NCBI RefSeq assembly: GCF_001194135.2
Contig: NC_068985.1
Span: 62,990,239-63,054,238 of the forward strand
Length of the DNA stretch: 64,000 nucleotides
Reading direction: 5' to 3'
From: Octopus bimaculoides
Taxonomy: Eukaryota
The first letter of the stretch is position 1, and the number at the start of each line of letters is the position of its first letter. Of the stretch, positions 59,171-64,000 are shown piece by piece. Under the pieces are notes generated by a model, which did not search any database, was not told the DNA's origin, and saw nothing but the letters and a program-made list of their open reading frames with translations. A program made the position numbers and the translations under genes.

Positions 59171-59894
59171 NNNNNNNNNNNNNNNNNNNNNNNNNNNNNN
59201 NNNNNNNNNNNNNNNNNNNNNNNNNNNNNNNNNNNNNNNNNNNNNNNNNNNNNNNNNNNNNNNNNNNNNNNNNNNNNNNNNNNNNNNNNNNNNNNNNNNN
59301 NNNNNNNNNNNNNNNNNNNNNNNNNNNNNNNNNNNNNNNNNNNNNNNNNNNNNNNNNNNNNNNNNNNNNNNNNNNNNNNNNNNNNNNNNNNNNNNNNNNN
59401 NNNNNNNNNNNNNNNNNNNNNNNNNNNNNNNNNNNNNNNNNNNNNNNNNNNNNNNNNNNNNNNNNNNNNNNNNNNNNNNNNNNNNNNNNNNNNNNNNNNN
59501 NNNNNNNNNNNNNNNNNNNNNNNNNNNNNNNNNNNNNNNNNNNNNNNNNNNNNNNNNNNNNNNNNNNNNNNNNNNNNNNNNNNNNNNNNNNNNNNNNNNN
59601 NNNNNNNNNNNNNNNNNNNNNNNNNNNNNNNNNNNNNNNNNNNNNNNNNNNNNNNNNNNNNNNNNNNNNNNNNNNNNNNNNNNNNNNNNNNNNNNNNNNN
59701 NNNNNNNNNNNNNNNNNNNNNNNNNNNNNNNNNNNNNNNNNNNNNNNNNNNNNNNGTAAATTGCGAAAAAAACAATCAAACTGTTTTTGCAATGGCTTGT
59801 GTTAATAAAAGATAAAAAATTATCAGTGATTATTTGATGAAGAATATGGACTGATAATTATTTATTCATAGAAGTGTAAAGGGAAACTCTGTGT

Positions 59895-59934
<40 letters not shown>

Positions 59935-60728
59935 GTGTGTTTGAGTGGGTATGTGTGTATTTGTTAGAGTGTCTGTGCTTGAGTGAGTGTTCGTGTGTAT
60001 ATAAATGTATGTGTGTATTTCTCTGCACGTGTGCGTTTGTGTGAGTGGGGAATTTGTGTCAGTGTGTATATATGTGGTGAATGTATGTCACTGTATATAT
60101 GTGCACTTGTGTGTATGTCTCTGTATGTGTATGTCCCTGTATGTGTATGTGGGTGTGAGTGGATGAGTTTGTGTGTCTGTACGTGCGTGAGCGTATGTGA
60201 ATGTGTGAGTATGCATATAATTTGTGATGAATGTGTGTGCGTGTGTGTCTTTCATTATTTGTAAAAATTCCGTAGGTGTTTATAAAAAGTACAAATTCTA
60301 AAGCCATTATTTAACCAAACATGAGGAATACGAAAATTCAAAAGAAAACACAGCAAAACAGATCGCTGTATTTAGACAAGTTATAGCATTTTTTAAACAA
60401 TCTTTACACAAACAGCAATATATTTTCAAAAGACATTAATGGAACTACTTGATTTAAGGAAACCAGTTATGAAGTGTGTATTATAATTGCGTAGAAAGCA
60501 AAACAAAATACACATCGAAAGCTTTCCTCAAGATAGTGTTGCAAGAATTTTAATTCTGGAAGAAATCAAGATGGTTTGGGAATAATAGCTCACGAAAGAG
60601 AAAAATCGCTGACGTAGTAAAAGGACATGGCTAACAACAGCTAAGTATCCTTAAAACATTTAACATCAAAATTTCTGTTAGAGATGTAGATGAGACAAAC
60701 ATACATGCGTGCGTGAGAGAGAGAGAGA

Positions 60729-60848
<120 letters not shown>

Positions 60849-61703
60849 ATGATAAATACAAGTTTATATCATTTATTCCTGCTACGGAAAACTAGAGGGA
60901 AGAATTATATAAACTTACGTCTGTCGTACTTTCTCCTACTTTTGCACTCTCTATATCAAAATTAGTCATTCCACTACTTACAGTATTATACCAAACCGCT
61001 ATATAAAAACAAAGAGAGATAAATAAGGGATATTAGTTCAGACAAGATACTTCATAAGCTCTCTGCAGGTAAAGTACTTCAGACTAACAAAAAAGTCTAA
61101 CGATCGGTAGTGTACGCACCCAAATATATATGCGAAACAGCTGTAAGCCTAGAATAAATAAATAGATAGATAAATAAATAAATGTATATAACCAATTATT
61201 TCCATTTATTTTACATATAAGTCGCAACAATGACGAAATACCGTTGTTTGTTGCTTATGAGTTGCCTCGCTTGACTATGACTTTCAGATGATTTTAATAT
61301 CAGACGCATTGAGTGTATAGCCGACCCACGAACTAACAACGCATTTACCTTATGTATGTGTGTTCGATCTTGTTTATATACCTCGAGCTGCTTCTAATTC
61401 ATATTTGAATTTTTCCGTGGCTTGGAACGTTCGGACATGTTGGTTTAAACCATTTAGCATATAGTCATAGTGTGCAATATGGCTTGTAGCAGGCCTTGTA
61501 CGGTATGTGGCATTGATAAGTCGAAACATTGATGTCTGTCGCTCCGAGACAGAACATGATGTGAGTTGACTCGCCTGACTATGACCTACTTTCAAGTGAT
61601 TTTAAAACAAATACCGGGCGCATAGAAAATATATTATCTTACGCACGAACTATTAACACATACTTCATGTAAGTGTGTTCGATTTCGCTTCTTTCTCTCT
61701 CTT

Positions 61704-61739
<36 letters not shown>

Positions 61740-61963
61740 NNNNNNNNNNNNNNNNNNNNNNNNNNNNNNNNNNNNNNNNNNNNNNNNNNNNNNNNNNNNN
61801 NNNNNNNNNNNNNNNNNNNNNNNNNNNNNNNNNNNNNNNNNNNNNNNNNNNNNNNNNNNNNNNNNNNNNNNNNNNNNNNNNNNNNNNNNNNNNNNNNNNN
61901 NNNNNACAGGTGGGGCGGAAAACAAATAGATGTATTAATATAACGCTCGGGAATTGAAAAAGT

Positions 61964-61999
61964 CTTTAACGTTTCGAGCCTACGCTCTTCCACAGAAAG
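61964..61999 (-). ncRNA. Third hammerhead-like motif, variant core CUGUGGA
   Basis: CUUU-CUGUGGA-A-GAGC(GUAG)GCUC-GAAA-CG-UU-AAAG, in the same repeat family as 24304-24490. Confidence 0.5.
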
Positions 62000-62055
62000 G
62001 AAGACAGATAGAGACAAGGAGAGAAAAATGTGTGTAGTGGTTAGCGATCTATCAT

Positions 62056-62095
<40 letters not shown>

Positions 62096-62267
62096 CATAA
62101 TTTCCAATCACTTTTTTTACTTTATTTTTTCTTTTCTGTCTGTCTTCTGGTGAAAGACTAGCATCCCAAAGGTCAAAGCGCATCTTTCATTCTTTGAAGC
62201 GTTAGACTCATGCAACATATGTTGATTTCTTGAAATCTTGTGTCCCCCCACCCCCGTTACATATACA

Positions 62268-62660
62268 ATGCCCGTGGCTGTGGTAAGAAGTTTGCTTCCC
62301 TACCACATGGTCCCGGCTTCAATCCCACTGCGTAGTACCTTCGGCAAGTGGCTTCTACTATAGCCTCGGGCCGACTGAAGCCTTGTGAATGGATTTGGTA
62401 GACGGAAACTGAAATGAAGCCCGTCGTATGTGTGTTTGTGTGCGTGTTTATGTGTGTCTTTGTGTCTGTGCTTGTCCCCACAACCATCGCTTGACAACCA
62501 ATGTTGGTGTGTTTACGTCCGCGTAACCTGGCGGTTCGGCAGAGGAGACCGGTAAAATAAGTACCAGGCTTACAAAGAATAAGTCCTGGGGTCGATTACT
62601 TCGAGTAAAAGGCGGTGCTCCAACATGACCGCAGTCAAATGACTAAAACAAGTAAAAGAA
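62268..62660 (+). mobile_element. SINE family A; another copy starts at 62817 and runs into the gap at 62995
   Basis: Collinear head, (GT)-rich slot and tail. Confidence 0.85.
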
Positions 62661-63489
62661 TATCTTTACTGGGATGTGCTTGTCAGCTGCACCAGGCGCT
62701 GCACTGTCATGACTTTTACTCAAGAATAAACACAAGCTTTATGTTGTTTCTCTATGGAAAATAAGGTTTCACTTAATCATTGTTTCAAAGAACTATGATA
62801 CGCTTTAATTAGAAACAGGTGTAGGGGTGGCTGTGTGGTAAGTAGCTTGCTTACCAACACGTGGTTCCGGGTTCAGTCACACTGCGTGGCACCTTGGGCA
62901 AGTGTCTTCTACTATAGCCTCAGGCCGACCAAAGCCTTGTTAGTGGATTTGGTAGACGGAAACTGAAAGAAGCCCGTCGTATATATGTATATATNNNNNN
63001 NNNNNNNNNNNNNNNNNNNNNNNNNNNNNNNNNNNNNNNNNNNNNNNNNNNNNNNNNNNNNNNNNNNNNNNNNNNNNNNNNNNNNNNNNNNNNNNNNNNN
63101 NNNNNNNNNNNNNNNNNNNNNNNNNNNNNNNNNNNNNNNNNNNNNNNNNNNNNNNNNNNNNNNNNNNNNNNNNNNNNNNNNNNNNNNNNNNNNNNNNNNN
63201 NNNNNNNNNNNNNNNNNNNNNNNNNNNNNNNNNNNNNNNNNNNNNNNNNNNNNNNNNNNNNNNNNNNNNNNNNNNNNNNNNNNNNNNNNNNNNNNNNNNN
63301 NNNNNNNNNNNNNNNNNNNNNNNNNNNNNNNNNNNNNNNNNNNNNNNNNNNNNNNNNNNNNNNNNNNNNNNNNNNNNNNNNNNNNNNNNNNNNNNNNNNN
63401 NNNNNNNNNNNNNNNNNNNNNNNNNNNNNNNNNNNNNNNNNNNNNNNNNNNNNNNNNNNNNNNNNNNNNNNNNNNNNNNNNNNNNNNNN

Positions 63490-63782
63490 GTGGCTGAGCA
63501 CTCCACAGACACGTGTACCCTTAACGTAGTTCTCAGGGATATCCAGCGTGACACAGTGTGACAAGGCTGACCTTTTGAATTACAGGCACAACAGAAACAG
63601 GAAGTGAGAGAAAGTTGTGGTGAAAGAGTACAGCAGGGTTGGCCACCATCCCCTGCTGGAGCCTCGTGGAGCTTTAGGTGTTTTCGCTCAATAAACACTC
63701 ACAACGCCCGATCTGGGAATCGAAACCGCAATCCTATCACCACAAGTCCGCTGCCCTAACCACTGGGCCATTGCGCCTCCAC
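63490..63782 (-). mobile_element. SINE family C'
   Basis: Closely similar to 50017-50313. Confidence 0.85.
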
Positions 63783-64000
63783 AGTAACGAGCATGTTCCT
63801 TAAAGAATTCACAGCGTCTGACAAAAAGAAAAAAAAGGCGGGAATGTCAAAAGGCCACGTTGAATTACGTTTGCTTAATGGTATGTCATAGTCGCTACAA
63901 AACTGGGGACTACACAGCAAACAATTTCCCCTGTGTCTGACACATAGAGCTCTTCATCTGTAGTATAACACCATAGTCTTCCCTCCGGTTACCAGCATGC

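Noticed and set aside
61092-61150. Degenerate hammerhead (CTAACGA...GCGAAACAGCTGTA)
   Set aside because: Core is mutated and stem I does not pair; suggestive of Penelope ancestry only.

Overview
AT-rich eukaryotic scaffold with many microsatellites and 13 N-gaps. The repeat repertoire (tRNA-headed SINEs with internal microsatellites, RTE LINEs ending in (GAT)n) looks like an octopod cephalopod genome; this is recognition from memory and was not searched. The only convincing host coding sequence is one giant internal exon on the + strand (11456-14848, 3393 bp, phase 1-1). It encodes about 1131 aa that are Ser/Thr-rich and nearly Cys-free, resembling a mucin-like extracellular stalk; its neighbouring exons could not be located. 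The rest is largely a pile of transposable elements: RTE LINE fragments, a decayed Gypsy element with both LTRs, mariner, Tc1, Tigger/pogo, hAT, a CRE-clade RT fragment, a Helentron-type HINE, MITEs and three or more SINE families. The most interesting non-coding observations are (1) three minimal type-I hammerhead ribozyme motifs in a short dispersed repeat, with covariation in stem I, (2) a SINE trimer with a single 16-bp TSD nested in a hAT MITE, (3) an isolated tRNA-Thr(CGT)-like unit followed by a Pol III terminator, and (4) a CpG-decay boundary near 22.5 kb. There is no CRISPR array, no rRNA and no multi-gene novel system that I can support from sequence alone.
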